Source: Candidatus Latescibacterota bacterium | GTDB taxonomy: Bacteria > Latescibacterota > UBA2968 | Direction: 5' to 3' | Length of the DNA stretch: 64,000 nucleotides | Assembly: GCA_965208125.1 (NCBI GenBank) | Contig: OZ242320.1 | Location: 3,776,001-3,840,000, forward strand | Shown here: positions 38,297-48,553 of the stretch, one piece after another | Position numbering within the stretch: position 1 is the first letter of the stretch | Layout: the number at the start of each line of letters is the position of its first letter | Made by a program: the position numbers and the translations under genes | The notes under the pieces: generated by a model | The model's input: only the letters and a program-made list of their open reading frames with translations | Database searches by the model: none | What the model was told of the DNA's origin: nothing

Positions 38297-39388
38297 TCAA
38301 TGCCCAGAATGCCATTTCTCGAGCGGATGAGAACGATCGGGGTTTGGAAAAGTAACGCGTTGTCCAGAAATTTGAGATGCGTACGCTCCGTGAATCATTT
38401 CCAGTGCCCAACGCGCATCTCGATCACTGGAAATGGGTGCGCGATCGCGTTCTATGGCGTCAATCAGGTCGATAATGGCGCGATAATTTCCCGTTTCCTG
38501 CAAGTGATCTCCCGCAAGATCGAGCGTCTGCCATGCCTGACCACCTGTCCAGGGTGACCACAGGCCATCTTCGTAAATGGCAATCGCTTCTGCGCCTCCG
38601 CTTATGGCTATCCGTCCAGATTCTCCGACCAGCACCAACCCGTAGCCCTGTCCTTTTCCCGCCTGGTTGGCCCGCGAGACAAACGAGCCATCCACGCCAT
38701 CAGAAAAAGAAAACAGGCTGACCACACCATCGCCCGCAATTGCGCCAATCGGTTCAGTGGCTTCCCGCACATCTCCGGGCGCGATTTCGCGGTCACCAAC
38801 TGTCACGCGCGCTGTCATCCAAAGGGGATCGCCACTAAAAAAGCGCATCATGTTGAAGAGATGTGTTCCCAATACCAGCATGTCTTCTCCGCCTCCCCGA
38901 TGGTCTTGTTTGCCATACGCATGCATGGATAGGAGTTTCCCAATTCGATTTTCTCGTATTAGATCGCGCACTTGATGTACTTGTCTGAGGTAAACTCCCT
39001 GATGCGCTACAGCAACTTTGCGGTTGTTCTGTTCGGCAGCAGCCACAATGCGGTCTGCGGACGCGAGGTCACCTGCAAGCGGTTTTTCTGCATAGACATG
39101 GCAGCCGGCTTCGATACACGCTACGATCATTTCTTCGTGACAATCGACCCACCGGGGGCATACGCTAACGATATCGAGGTTTTCTTTCGCCAGCATGTCG
39201 CGATAGTCCTCATACCCTCGCTGGGCTCCGGCATCTGCAATAGCCTTTTCTCGTCCGGCTGCGTCTGGATCGGACACAGCGATCATATCCACGCAGTCGA
39301 TTTTTTGATAGGGCACATGCAGGCCATGGCCAAAATTGCCCTGTCCGGTTCGACCGATAGCACCGGCGCGATAGCGTTTTGCTGCCAT
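38297..39388 (-). CDS. Gfo/Idh/MocA oxidoreductase
   Basis: HVYAEKP, GGGEDMLVLGTH. Confidence 0.9.
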   Translation of the reverse strand: MAAKRYRAGAIGRTGQGNFGHGLHVPYQKIDCVDMIAVSDPDAAGREKAIADAGAQRGYEDYRDMLAKENLDIVSVCPRWVDCHEEMIVACIEAGCHVYAEKPLAGDLASADRIVAAAEQNNRKVAVAHQGVYLRQVHQVRDLIRENRIGKLLSMHAYGKQDHRGGGEDMLVLGTHLFNMMRFFSGDPLWMTARVTVGDREIAPGDVREATEPIGAIAGDGVVSLFSFSDGVDGSFVSRANQAGKGQGYGLVLVGESGRIAISGGAEAIAIYEDGLWSPWTGGQAWQTLDLAGDHLQETGNYRAIIDLIDAIERDRAPISSDRDARWALEMIHGAYASQISGQRVTFPNPDRSHPLEKWHSGH

Positions 39389-39399
39389 TGTGACTCCTC

Positions 39400-40440
39400 T
39401 TAAGGTAAAAATACAACGCCCAATGCCGCGTTGGGATTCCGAATGAGTTCTTCGCATGCTTCGGGTGCGTCATCCAGTGCAACCCGATGTGTGATGAGAG
39501 GGGATACTTTTAAGTGTCCGGTATCCATGAAGCGCAAGCATTCCTCCAGGTTTCGCCTCGTTGTCCATTGCATAAAAACGGGTGGATAGTCTGCGCCGTG
39601 TTCCCATTCCTCGTCGTGATAGCCCGGTCCTGTGCGCGCGGCACTGCGGACATCCAGATTGCCCAGCGCGGCTGCAAAGCCGTGTTCTATCCGGGCACCG
39701 CCCACAATGACAATGCGCCCCATCAGGTGTGTGTCGGGTGCTTTTTTGATCATTTTGCTAAGTGTGATAAAGGCCGGCGTACCATCGCCACCAAAGGCAA
39801 TTACACCGCCATCGATACCATAACCTCGCGTAAAAGTCTGCGATACTTCAACCGGATCTTCCTCTGTGATATTGACCCCTCGCAGCAAGCCGCAGGTCGC
39901 GGCTTGTTTTAGACGCATGGGCAATTGGTCCAGGCCCATTACATAACATCCCGAAATGCGTGCCCACTGACAGGTAAATTGTCCCACAAGTCCGAGGCCC
40001 GCCACGGCAATGTGTTCGCTGAGTTGAAATGCACCGCGCCGCACGGCATTTAAGGCAGTTGCGACGAGATGAATAGACGAGGCGTCTTCATCGCTGACGC
40101 CATCGGGAATGGGTACTGCCATATTTCGTGGCACACAGGCATGGGTCGCATGTTGGGCATATCCGCCCCCCATACAGGCCACGCGCGTTCCAAGCGGTAT
40201 GTCTTCACACCCCTCGCCTTGCGCCACGACCACGCCGGCATTGGAGTAGCCAAACGGGCGAGGTGCGGCATCCGACGGGTTTTCTCGCCGCCTTTTCACT
40301 CCGCCCAATTCTGTGCCGGGGCTGACCATGCTCGCCGAGACTTCTATTTGAACCTGGCCTGGCTTTGGGGCTGCAACAGGTTCCTCGATGACCGAAATTC
40401 CGCCTTGACCGTCAATTGCCGCTACTTTTCGTATTGCCAT
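39400..40440 (-). CDS. medium-chain dehydrogenase (YcjQ/BchC-like, lacks Cys-Zn motifs)
   Basis: SPGTE, GYSNAG, GLGLVGQ, LITHR. Confidence 0.8.
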   Translation of the reverse strand: MAIRKVAAIDGQGGISVIEEPVAAPKPGQVQIEVSASMVSPGTELGGVKRRRENPSDAAPRPFGYSNAGVVVAQGEGCEDIPLGTRVACMGGGYAQHATHACVPRNMAVPIPDGVSDEDASSIHLVATALNAVRRGAFQLSEHIAVAGLGLVGQFTCQWARISGCYVMGLDQLPMRLKQAATCGLLRGVNITEEDPVEVSQTFTRGYGIDGGVIAFGGDGTPAFITLSKMIKKAPDTHLMGRIVIVGGARIEHGFAAALGNLDVRSAARTGPGYHDEEWEHGADYPPVFMQWTTRRNLEECLRFMDTGHLKVSPLITHRVALDDAPEACEELIRNPNAALGVVFLP

Positions 40441-40449
40441 AAAGTGTCC

Positions 40450-41247
40450 TTACATTGCCACAATTTGTTTCATGCGTTTTGCCATCTCAATTTGCACGTC
40501 TCGATCGCCACCTACTTCGTGGATGACATATCGGTCATAGCCAATATCTCGCAATCCTTTCATGACTTCTGCCCAATCCGTATCGCCATCCATCAGGGGT
40601 ACAAAATTGCGTTGTTGCCGAACAAAGTCCTTAAAATGCACCCTTTTAATGCGGTGTTGTAGCCCTCGAATCCAGTGCTCTGGATATCCGTAAAACATCA
40701 TATTGGCTGTGTCGAGATAAATTCCGACCCAATCGTTGCCCACGGCATCGACAAACTCGCGCGCTTCTTTCGGGTTGAGCAAGAACTTATTCCATACATT
40801 CTCTATGCCGACCGCAACGCCTTTTTCCTCGGCATAAGGCGCGATCTCTTTCATCGAGACCAGGAAATCATCCCATGCGTCTTCATAGGTGCCGTCAACC
40901 GGGAGTTGGCCCGGATGGAGTAAGACCGCGTCGGTTTCGACCAGATGCGCCACGTCAATGGCGCGGCGCAAGCTCTTCATGCCGGCTTCGCGCTCTGCCG
41001 GATCGCGGCTGAGAAAATTGCCCCGATTATCATATCTGGCAAGCGCACTGCTGATTTCAATGCCCGCATCCTCACACCGCGTTTTGACACCGCGGACCTC
41101 GTCGTCACTCATATCTACATTTGGATCACCTTCTGGTGAAAATACCAGTTCGAGTGCTTCGTAACCCGCATCACGGCACAATTGCAATGTTTCATCCAGT
41201 GTCAGCTTTCCCAGGATAATTTGTGTCACCCCTATTTTCATCGTCAA
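40450..41247 (-). CDS. sugar phosphate isomerase/epimerase (ketose 3-epimerase-like)
   Basis: ENVWNKFL, DTAN, HFKDF, HE metal ligands. Confidence 0.85.
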   Translation of the reverse strand: MTMKIGVTQIILGKLTLDETLQLCRDAGYEALELVFSPEGDPNVDMSDDEVRGVKTRCEDAGIEISSALARYDNRGNFLSRDPAEREAGMKSLRRAIDVAHLVETDAVLLHPGQLPVDGTYEDAWDDFLVSMKEIAPYAEEKGVAVGIENVWNKFLLNPKEAREFVDAVGNDWVGIYLDTANMMFYGYPEHWIRGLQHRIKRVHFKDFVRQQRNFVPLMDGDTDWAEVMKGLRDIGYDRYVIHEVGGDRDVQIEMAKRMKQIVAM

Positions 41248-41272
41248 TCTCCATCAGGTTGGATTTGTGTAC

Positions 41273-42928
41273 CTACGGTATATTTTCGCCTCTCTTTTCC
41301 AATTCTTCGGCGATTTCGTCCATCAAGACAGCCAGTTGCAGGATATTTTCGCTCGTGATTGAGCCGAGAAATCTACCTGAATCCCTATCTGTGACCGGTA
41401 TCACGGACAATGAATGTTTTGTCATGCGTTTCAGCACATCTTCAATTGGCTCATCGAGATGGGCTTGTGGTAAATTTGTACGCAACACATTGCCAAGCGG
41501 CGTGTCTGTCCTGAGTTTTAAGGGCATGGCTTTCAGGCGGGGAAGCGAGACAGCTCCTTCAACATTACCTTTATTGACCACGAGGTAATCCTGTTGATTT
41601 GGTACGGCCCAGTAATCGACAAAATTTTTGGCCGAGAGTGCTGGGTTGGGATAGGTACGCGTTCTGTCTATGACGTGATTGACAGTAATATCCTGCATTG
41701 AATGGCGGGCAAAAGAAAGCGGTACGGAGTCGGGCAGCTTAGGTCGATGGGTTTTCCTGGCTTTGTTGATCGCGAAGTCGATTGCTGGTGGCATAAGTAT
41801 AATGTAGCCAAACATCATCAGCACGAATAGCGAGAAAACATCTTGTCCGATCACGCCGCTCTCAAAGAGGACGAGGAGGAGGGCTATCTCCGCCACGCCT
41901 TTTGCCATCAGTCCCGTGGCCTGAGCGAGAGGGTTGTCCAGACGAGCTATATAGGTACCGATGAACGCACCGGCGAATTTGCCCAACGATGGGAATACGA
42001 CCAATGCGACGATGGTCGCGATTGGCAGGGTTGTAAAAGACAGATCCAGATGCAGCCCAGCCGAGGCGAAGAAGAGCGGGACAAACAAACCCTCTGCCGC
42101 GCTTCGCAGACCGGGCAAGACGTCTTTATGCACCTGATGGGGCAGACCTGACAGAGCAGCGCCGAAAAGCAATGCGCCAATGGAGCCGTGCAGGTGGATT
42201 TTCTCGGCTCCCACCACCATCAGGAAAAGTCCGCCTATTAGCAGTCCAAACGACAGTTCGGGCACGTTCAAAAAACGCTGTAAAAAGATAATTACAGGAG
42301 GTAGGAGCCGCGTTGATAAAAACCACGCTACTATTGCGAAAATCGTCATTTGTACCAGCAGGAAGAGCACGCTGGCAACACTCAGTTCATGATCATGTTC
42401 GCCAATGGAGAACCCGACTACGAGCAGAGCGAGCAACTCGGCGATGATCACTGTGGTGAATATCTCGAGGCCGATGGGTTCTTTGAAATGTTCTTTATCG
42501 GCGAGTACCTTTGCCACAAGTCCCAGACTGGTCAGCGATAGGATGCCAGCCAGAGCCAGCCCCTCTGTGAAACCGAGATTGAGGGAGAATTCCCCGATTT
42601 CGAAGAGGCTGGATGTGAAGACGATGGAGACGATCAGTGAGATGAGCACAGACACAATCGCTGCGACAAAAAACCGCCCGCGAAGAGTCGCTACAAAACT
42701 CGGTATATCAATCTCGTCAAGGCCGACCAGAAAGAAGAAGACAAAGATACCGATGCCTAAGAAGGTTTGTAGTTCGCTCGTTAGTTCAATTATATTTGTG
42801 ACGGGACCAAGCAGAGTGCCGGTTATTGTATAGGCGACGATTGAATTTAAGCCGAAACGTTTAAACACGCCCTCGAAGATCTTGCCTACGACAATAAGCA
42901 GACCGAGGGGTAGTAAGGCGTCAATCAT
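41273..42928 (-). CDS. cation:proton antiporter (CPA2) with C-terminal CBS domains
   Basis: About 12 TM, FVPLFFASAGL, then CBS pair. Confidence 0.85.
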   Translation of the reverse strand: MIDALLPLGLLIVVGKIFEGVFKRFGLNSIVAYTITGTLLGPVTNIIELTSELQTFLGIGIFVFFFLVGLDEIDIPSFVATLRGRFFVAAIVSVLISLIVSIVFTSSLFEIGEFSLNLGFTEGLALAGILSLTSLGLVAKVLADKEHFKEPIGLEIFTTVIIAELLALLVVGFSIGEHDHELSVASVLFLLVQMTIFAIVAWFLSTRLLPPVIIFLQRFLNVPELSFGLLIGGLFLMVVGAEKIHLHGSIGALLFGAALSGLPHQVHKDVLPGLRSAAEGLFVPLFFASAGLHLDLSFTTLPIATIVALVVFPSLGKFAGAFIGTYIARLDNPLAQATGLMAKGVAEIALLLVLFESGVIGQDVFSLFVLMMFGYIILMPPAIDFAINKARKTHRPKLPDSVPLSFARHSMQDITVNHVIDRTRTYPNPALSAKNFVDYWAVPNQQDYLVVNKGNVEGAVSLPRLKAMPLKLRTDTPLGNVLRTNLPQAHLDEPIEDVLKRMTKHSLSVIPVTDRDSGRFLGSITSENILQLAVLMDEIAEELEKRGENIP

Positions 42929-43165
42929 AGATAGAGTCTCAGGTTTTTGGAGAGTTCAGCATCCCGGAGAAATGACAGCGAATAGGATATAGATGTTTGA
43001 TATGAAAATAAATCGCCCAACAAAAAAAGCAAGCCTTTCTCACGCCCTTTGCCTCGCGTTTATATAATGCTTGACAAGGTGATGTTTTTTCGCTATCACA
43101 TCGCCTTGTTCATGCTGTTTGCAAACCGCCATCACATACAACACAATAACTCTGGAGATTGCGCT

Positions 43166-44479
43166 ATGAGGTACAGAGCATGTATTTTGTTTGGTTTGAT
43201 ATTCCTCGTTGCGGGGTGTAAGCCTGCTGAATCCCCTACATCAGCGAAGCCTTCTATCACAATATGGTGGGCGCAGTGGGATCCCGCGGATGGGCTTCAG
43301 GAATTGGGCAATAAATTCGAACAGGAAACGGGTATTGCCGTTAAAGTCCACCAGATTCCCTGGCCGTCTTATCAGGATCAGGTTTTTCTCAATTTTGGAA
43401 ATAATAAAACGGATTTTGACATTGTGATTGGCGATAGTCAGTGGATTGGACGAGGCGCGACGCGCGGTCTTTACGTCGATCTGACCGACTGGTTGCCCAC
43501 GGCAATTGATATAGACAAAATTCATCCCCGCGCTGCGCGTTATTTGTGCGAATATCCGCCCGGTGGTGGCAAATTCTACGCCGCGCCATGCGAGACCGAT
43601 GCCGTCGGATTTGTCTATCGCAAAGACTGGTTTGAAGACCCTGCCGAGCAAGCGGCATTCAAAGAAAAATATGGGCGGGATCTGACGATTCCCGACAACT
43701 GGGATGAATTCCGCGACCTGGCTGAATTTTTCCATCGTCCAGATCAAAAACAATACGGCTGCGCTCTGCTTACTGGAAGAGGGTATGATTCGATGACGAT
43801 GGGCTTTCAGATGTTTATGTGGGGTTTTGGAGGCTCGTGGGGTGAGTTTGGTGAATTTTCGGTGGATGGATATGTCAATAAACCGGAAGTGGCAGAAGCC
43901 CTTGCGTATCTGAAGGAGTTGTTACAATACGGTCCCAATGGCGCGACCAATTTCGACTACGGCAAAACTTTTGAAGCCTTTATCAATGGTTCGACGGCTA
44001 TGAGCATGAACTATTTCGCCTTTTATCCCGGCATTGTGAAACAGATGGGGGACAAGGCGGGATTTTTCATGGTGCCCAAAGCCGGCGACAAGCGCGTGGT
44101 GAGTCTGGGGGGGCAGGGATTCAGCATTTCGACCAAGACATCCGCAGAGCAACAGGAACTGGCTAAGCAATTCATCGCGTGGTTCTTGCAAACGGATATT
44201 CAAAAAGAATGGATTACCAAAGACGCCGGATTTACCGCCAATACGGATATTCTCAATAGCGATGAATTTCGAAACGCATCTCCGTATAACCGCGCTTTTG
44301 CAGAATCGCTCGATTATCTCCAGGACTTTTGGAATGCGCCTGTTTACAACGAGTTGCTCGCGGTTTCACAGCGTTATTTGGGCGAAGCGATTGACGGGGT
44401 TACGCCAGCGCAGGAAGCCCTCGACAAAATCGCTACCGAACACGAGCAGATTTTCAAAGATGCCGGTTTGTTGAAGTAA
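43166..44479 (+). CDS. sugar ABC transporter substrate-binding lipoprotein
   Basis: Lipobox LVAGC; YRKDWF, PDNWDEF, LGGQG; TTGACA-N17-TATCAC upstream. Confidence 0.9.
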   Translation: MRYRACILFGLIFLVAGCKPAESPTSAKPSITIWWAQWDPADGLQELGNKFEQETGIAVKVHQIPWPSYQDQVFLNFGNNKTDFDIVIGDSQWIGRGATRGLYVDLTDWLPTAIDIDKIHPRAARYLCEYPPGGGKFYAAPCETDAVGFVYRKDWFEDPAEQAAFKEKYGRDLTIPDNWDEFRDLAEFFHRPDQKQYGCALLTGRGYDSMTMGFQMFMWGFGGSWGEFGEFSVDGYVNKPEVAEALAYLKELLQYGPNGATNFDYGKTFEAFINGSTAMSMNYFAFYPGIVKQMGDKAGFFMVPKAGDKRVVSLGGQGFSISTKTSAEQQELAKQFIAWFLQTDIQKEWITKDAGFTANTDILNSDEFRNASPYNRAFAESLDYLQDFWNAPVYNELLAVSQRYLGEAIDGVTPAQEALDKIATEHEQIFKDAGLLK

Positions 44480-44508
44480 TCATAACTCAAAAAGGAAAAT
44501 ACAACTCT

Positions 44509-45543
44509 ATGTCCTCTTTTAAAACGCCTGAAGACATCAAGGTGGGTGTCATCGGCTACGGCGGCGCATTCAATATGGGTCGTCAGCATCTCACATTTAT
44601 GAAAAAGGCGGGTATGACGCCTGTTGCGGTTGCAGAACTCGACGAAAAGCGCTTGAAAGTCGCGCGAGAAGAATTTCCCGGTATTGAGACCTATACATCT
44701 GTGTCTGCTATGCTGGACAAATCCGGTGTCAATCTCGTTGTGATCATCACCCCACACAATACGCATGCCAATCTGGCATTGCAATGCCTGCGCGCAGGTC
44801 GCCACGTCATCAGCGAAAAACCGCTGGCGATCACGACTGAGGAATGCGATGCGATGATCCGCGAAGCTGCGAAGCAAGATCTCCTTCTTTCCACCTATCA
44901 CAACCGGCATTGGGATGGGTGTATCCTGAATGCTCTTGAACAAATTCACTCGCGCAAGGTTATTGGGAAAGTCTATCGCATTGAAGCCCATATGGGGGGA
45001 TACAATCGACCGGGCGACTGGTGGCGCAGTAGCAAGAGCATTTCTGGGGGTATCCTCTACGATTGGGGGGTTCATCTTCTCGAATACTCGCTTCAGATTC
45101 TGCAATCGGATATTGTGGAGGTCACCGGATTCGCGCACACAGGTTTCTGGGCTGATGAGACTCCCTGGCAGGCCGATACCAACGAAGACGAGGCCACGGC
45201 TATCGTGCGTTTCAAAAACGGCACATGGATCAATCTCACGATGTCGAGTATCGCATCTGCACCCCGCAAGGGCTGGCTCGAGATTACCGGTACGACTGGT
45301 ACTTATATTTTTGATGGTGGGACGTACGAAATTTTACAGATAAAAGATGGGGAAAAGGTTGTTTCCTCTGGTAAGAATCCCGGCCACCAATACGATAAAT
45401 ACTACGATAATATTGCCGCGCATCTCTCAACGGGTGAAGATTTGATCATCACGCCCGAATGGTCTCGCCGCCCCATTCACATCCTGGACCTCGCCTGTAA
45501 AAGCGCGGCGATGGGGCAGACGCTCAAGGCGAAGTACGCATAG
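44509..45543 (+). CDS. Gfo/Idh/MocA oxidoreductase
   Basis: GVIGYG, HVISEKP, GGILYDWGVH. Confidence 0.9.
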   Translation: MSSFKTPEDIKVGVIGYGGAFNMGRQHLTFMKKAGMTPVAVAELDEKRLKVAREEFPGIETYTSVSAMLDKSGVNLVVIITPHNTHANLALQCLRAGRHVISEKPLAITTEECDAMIREAAKQDLLLSTYHNRHWDGCILNALEQIHSRKVIGKVYRIEAHMGGYNRPGDWWRSSKSISGGILYDWGVHLLEYSLQILQSDIVEVTGFAHTGFWADETPWQADTNEDEATAIVRFKNGTWINLTMSSIASAPRKGWLEITGTTGTYIFDGGTYEILQIKDGEKVVSSGKNPGHQYDKYYDNIAAHLSTGEDLIITPEWSRRPIHILDLACKSAAMGQTLKAKYA

Positions 45544-45560
45544 CTCAGGTGTTGAAAAAT

Positions 45561-45600
45561 AAAAAAGCGGCCTGTGTCGAGAGACAGTGGCCGCTTTTTT
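45561..45600. terminator. bidirectional terminator
   Basis: AAAAAAGCGGCCTGTGTC-GAGA-GACAGTGGCCGCTTTTTT. Confidence 0.85.
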
Positions 45601-45611
45601 ATTTTTTTCGG

Positions 45612-46334
45612 TTAAATACCAATCCGCTTTGGGAAGACTGTTACTCCCCATTTCACATATTGGTCTCGCTCTTCAGGTGTCTCGGCACTCATGCCTACTT
45701 TTACATGTGTGTCTTTTACCTGATCAAGTACGTGTCTCACGCAGTCTTCTACCGTCCGATATGGAAATTGGGGATGTGCCTCAATGCTGAACAATAGATC
45801 GTTTGGTCCAAAGTTCAATACATCCACTCCTGGCTTAGCTAACTGCGCGGCGTTGATTACTGCTTCAACAGATTCAATCTGAATTGCCAGCCATCCGTAC
45901 GCATTCCACCAGGGAGCGTATTCCAACCGGTCTGGCCGTTCGTCCAGCCTCGCCCGATGTACGCCGCCCCAACTGCGTTTGCCCATCTGGGGATAATAAA
46001 AGGCGTTTATGGCTTCATCTACAATTTCCTCGCTTTCTACTTCTGGCACCATAATCCCCGAAGGCCCCAAATCGAGATAATTGCCGATCAGATACGCGTG
46101 GAGGGTGTGCTTAATCCGAATCTGAACGGGTAAATTCAATTCCCGGGCCATTATGCAGAAATCCACCAGTTGCGCTTCGTTAAAAGGCCCGTGTTGTGCA
46201 TCTACATTTAGATAGTCACATTCGTGTTGTGACAGAATATCCGTTAGTTCACCTTTTTCAATATCCATTGGTACGCCAATAGAATTTACAATTTCACCAT
46301 TCCGAATCCGCTGTTTTAGAGTTTTTTGCGACAT
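45612..46334 (-). CDS. HpcH/HpaI aldolase family
   Basis: DAQHGP, LDLGPSGIMVP, QIES, FGPNDL. Confidence 0.85.
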   Translation of the reverse strand: MSQKTLKQRIRNGEIVNSIGVPMDIEKGELTDILSQHECDYLNVDAQHGPFNEAQLVDFCIMARELNLPVQIRIKHTLHAYLIGNYLDLGPSGIMVPEVESEEIVDEAINAFYYPQMGKRSWGGVHRARLDERPDRLEYAPWWNAYGWLAIQIESVEAVINAAQLAKPGVDVLNFGPNDLLFSIEAHPQFPYRTVEDCVRHVLDQVKDTHVKVGMSAETPEERDQYVKWGVTVFPKRIGI

Positions 46335-46348
46335 TATACACCTCTTGT

Positions 46349-47452
46349 TTAGTCCAGGTTGTATAGTTCCCGGGCATTCTCTGCCATAATTTGTTTTTTA
46401 ACATCTCGATCTGATACATTGCTCAGTGCCTGGTCGGGCGAATCAAAATCCCAGTGCGGATAATCGGTTGCAAACATCAGTTTGTCGTCCATGTCCATGT
46501 GCGCCAGCATCTGCTCGAAATACGCCGGGTCTGAAGGTTCTTCTACGGGCTGCGTGGTCAGATAGAAATGATCCCTGATATATTCCGAGGGCAGGTGCTT
46601 CAAATAGGGAACTTCCATCTTGAGTTTTCGGTACCAGTTATCCATCCGCCACATCAAAGGTGCCACCCACCCGAAACCGCCTTCGATCAGAACGATCTTT
46701 AAGTCGGGAAATCGCTCAAAAACGCCTTCGTAAACATAGCTCGTTACCTGCGCCTGAAATGCCATGGGCATCCCGCCGTGATCCTGAATATAATGCGCGG
46801 CCTTGCCCGCGCCCGTAATTGGGCCAATACCCGTGCCACCAAAGTGAATACCGATGGGGAGGTCGTAGTCAACGGCTGCCTCGTAAATTTTCCAGTATTT
46901 ACGGCGGCCCAGCGGTTCCATTGTTCGCGCCATGAACATCAGTTGTACAAATCCCGGGTGATTGCCCAGACGTTCAATTTCGGCGACGGCGAGATCGGCG
47001 TCTTCATACGCGACGGTCAGGGATGCGCGCAACCGATCGTCTTTTTCCAGCCATTCGGCTATTTGCCATTCATTAACCGCCTGTGCAATCGCAGCTCCGT
47101 ATTCCAGGTTTTGCTGTCCCCCAGCAGGCGATAGCGGGTTCAATATGCCGTAGTCCATTTCCCAGGTATCCAGCAATTGTTCCTGCATAAAGCCCAGGTG
47201 CGATCCCGGTGGTCCCTCGGGGGGGAATGCATCGTTTCTCGCAGCAAAGGGCACGGCTCTCGGACAATTTGACCCGGATCGTCTGCGCCCTGCAATGCTC
47301 AGATGGTAATCTTTCCACGCGCTGGGCATGTAATCTACCCAGACCTCAGTGGCGGGGGATTGGTATCCATCTACATTGTGAATATCGCAATCGATTACCG
47401 ATAGCTTTTCTCTCTTTTTGACCTCTGGCTTTTCTAAAAGCGTCATTGCCAT
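46349..47452 (-). CDS. amidohydrolase_2 family protein (possible dinuclear oxygenase catalytic subunit)
   Basis: DCDIH, IHFGG, IEGG, TTQPVEEP, ATDYPHWD. Confidence 0.8.
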   Translation of the reverse strand: MAMTLLEKPEVKKREKLSVIDCDIHNVDGYQSPATEVWVDYMPSAWKDYHLSIAGRRRSGSNCPRAVPFAARNDAFPPEGPPGSHLGFMQEQLLDTWEMDYGILNPLSPAGGQQNLEYGAAIAQAVNEWQIAEWLEKDDRLRASLTVAYEDADLAVAEIERLGNHPGFVQLMFMARTMEPLGRRKYWKIYEAAVDYDLPIGIHFGGTGIGPITGAGKAAHYIQDHGGMPMAFQAQVTSYVYEGVFERFPDLKIVLIEGGFGWVAPLMWRMDNWYRKLKMEVPYLKHLPSEYIRDHFYLTTQPVEEPSDPAYFEQMLAHMDMDDKLMFATDYPHWDFDSPDQALSNVSDRDVKKQIMAENARELYNLD

Positions 47453-47464
47453 AGCGGTATCTCC

Positions 47465-48553
47465 TCAGAATTTGTAAAACGCTCGTGCATTTTCTCTTAA
47501 AATTTTTTCCAGTAGCGAATCGGACAGCCCTTTTGGAATGGCATCATCCGGTCCGTCAAAATGCCAGTGCGGATAATCGGTCGAAAACATCAGTATTTCA
47601 TCCGAGTCCAGTTGTCCAATCATTTGCAAAAGGTGTTCGGAATTTATGGGCGCGTCCATTGGTTGTAGTGTCATCCGAATGTGTTCCCGTACGTAATCCG
47701 ATGGGGGGCGCACAACCCAGGGGGTGTCTCGACGCAGGCCTTTCCATTCTTTGTCCATGCGCCACATCCATGCGGGCATCCATACAAATCCACTTTCGAT
47801 TAATACCACCCGCAATTCGGGAAACCGCGCAAACGCGCCTTCGGAGATCAGGCTCAGGACTTGTGCCTGAAAGATCTGCGCCATATCGGCACATTCTTCA
47901 ATATAAGTCGAAGGCCAGCCCACGGGTGTGGGGGGAAGCGATGAAGCACCGCCAAAATGAATGCCAATTGCCAGATCGTGCTTTACTGCAGCCGCGTACA
48001 TCGGATTGTATTCGCTTTTTCCATATAGAGAATAGGAGCGAACAGGGAGTATTACCTGTACGAAGCCGGGATGATCGCCAAAGCGCTCAATTTCTCGCGC
48101 GGCCAGCAGGGGATTCTGGCTGGGTACGACCAATGAGGCGCGGAGACGCGCGTCTTTCTCCAGCCAATGCTCGATCTGCCATTGGTTGACCGCTGTTGCA
48201 AGCGATGCTGCGAGGTCTTCGTTGTGCACGCTTTGCACCCAATAGCCGCACGTTAAGATACCCACTTCCACGTCCCAGGGATCGAGTACCTGTTTTTGCG
48301 TTAGTTCCAGATTGGAACCCGGGGGACCATTTGCGGGCCGAGTGCCTTTCCGCGCAGATGTGGGCGCACCACCCGGATAATCATTTGCGCCGGGACCTCG
48401 AAAATGGGATTCGCGAATATACGCGACCCAGTGGTCTTCCAGATATGGAACAAGGGTTTCCAGGGAGGCAAACACATTGTGAATGTCGCAATCGATAACG
48501 GGACGGCCGAGGCCTGTAAAATTAGCTGTCATATTTTTTTGGAGTGTGATCAT
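47465..48553 (-). CDS. amidohydrolase_2 family protein, tandem paralog
   Basis: DCDIH, IHFGG, IESG, TLQPMDAP, STDYPHWH; start uncertain. Confidence 0.8.
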   Translation of the reverse strand: MITLQKNMTANFTGLGRPVIDCDIHNVFASLETLVPYLEDHWVAYIRESHFRGPGANDYPGGAPTSARKGTRPANGPPGSNLELTQKQVLDPWDVEVGILTCGYWVQSVHNEDLAASLATAVNQWQIEHWLEKDARLRASLVVPSQNPLLAAREIERFGDHPGFVQVILPVRSYSLYGKSEYNPMYAAAVKHDLAIGIHFGGASSLPPTPVGWPSTYIEECADMAQIFQAQVLSLISEGAFARFPELRVVLIESGFVWMPAWMWRMDKEWKGLRRDTPWVVRPPSDYVREHIRMTLQPMDAPINSEHLLQMIGQLDSDEILMFSTDYPHWHFDGPDDAIPKGLSDSLLEKILRENARAFYKF

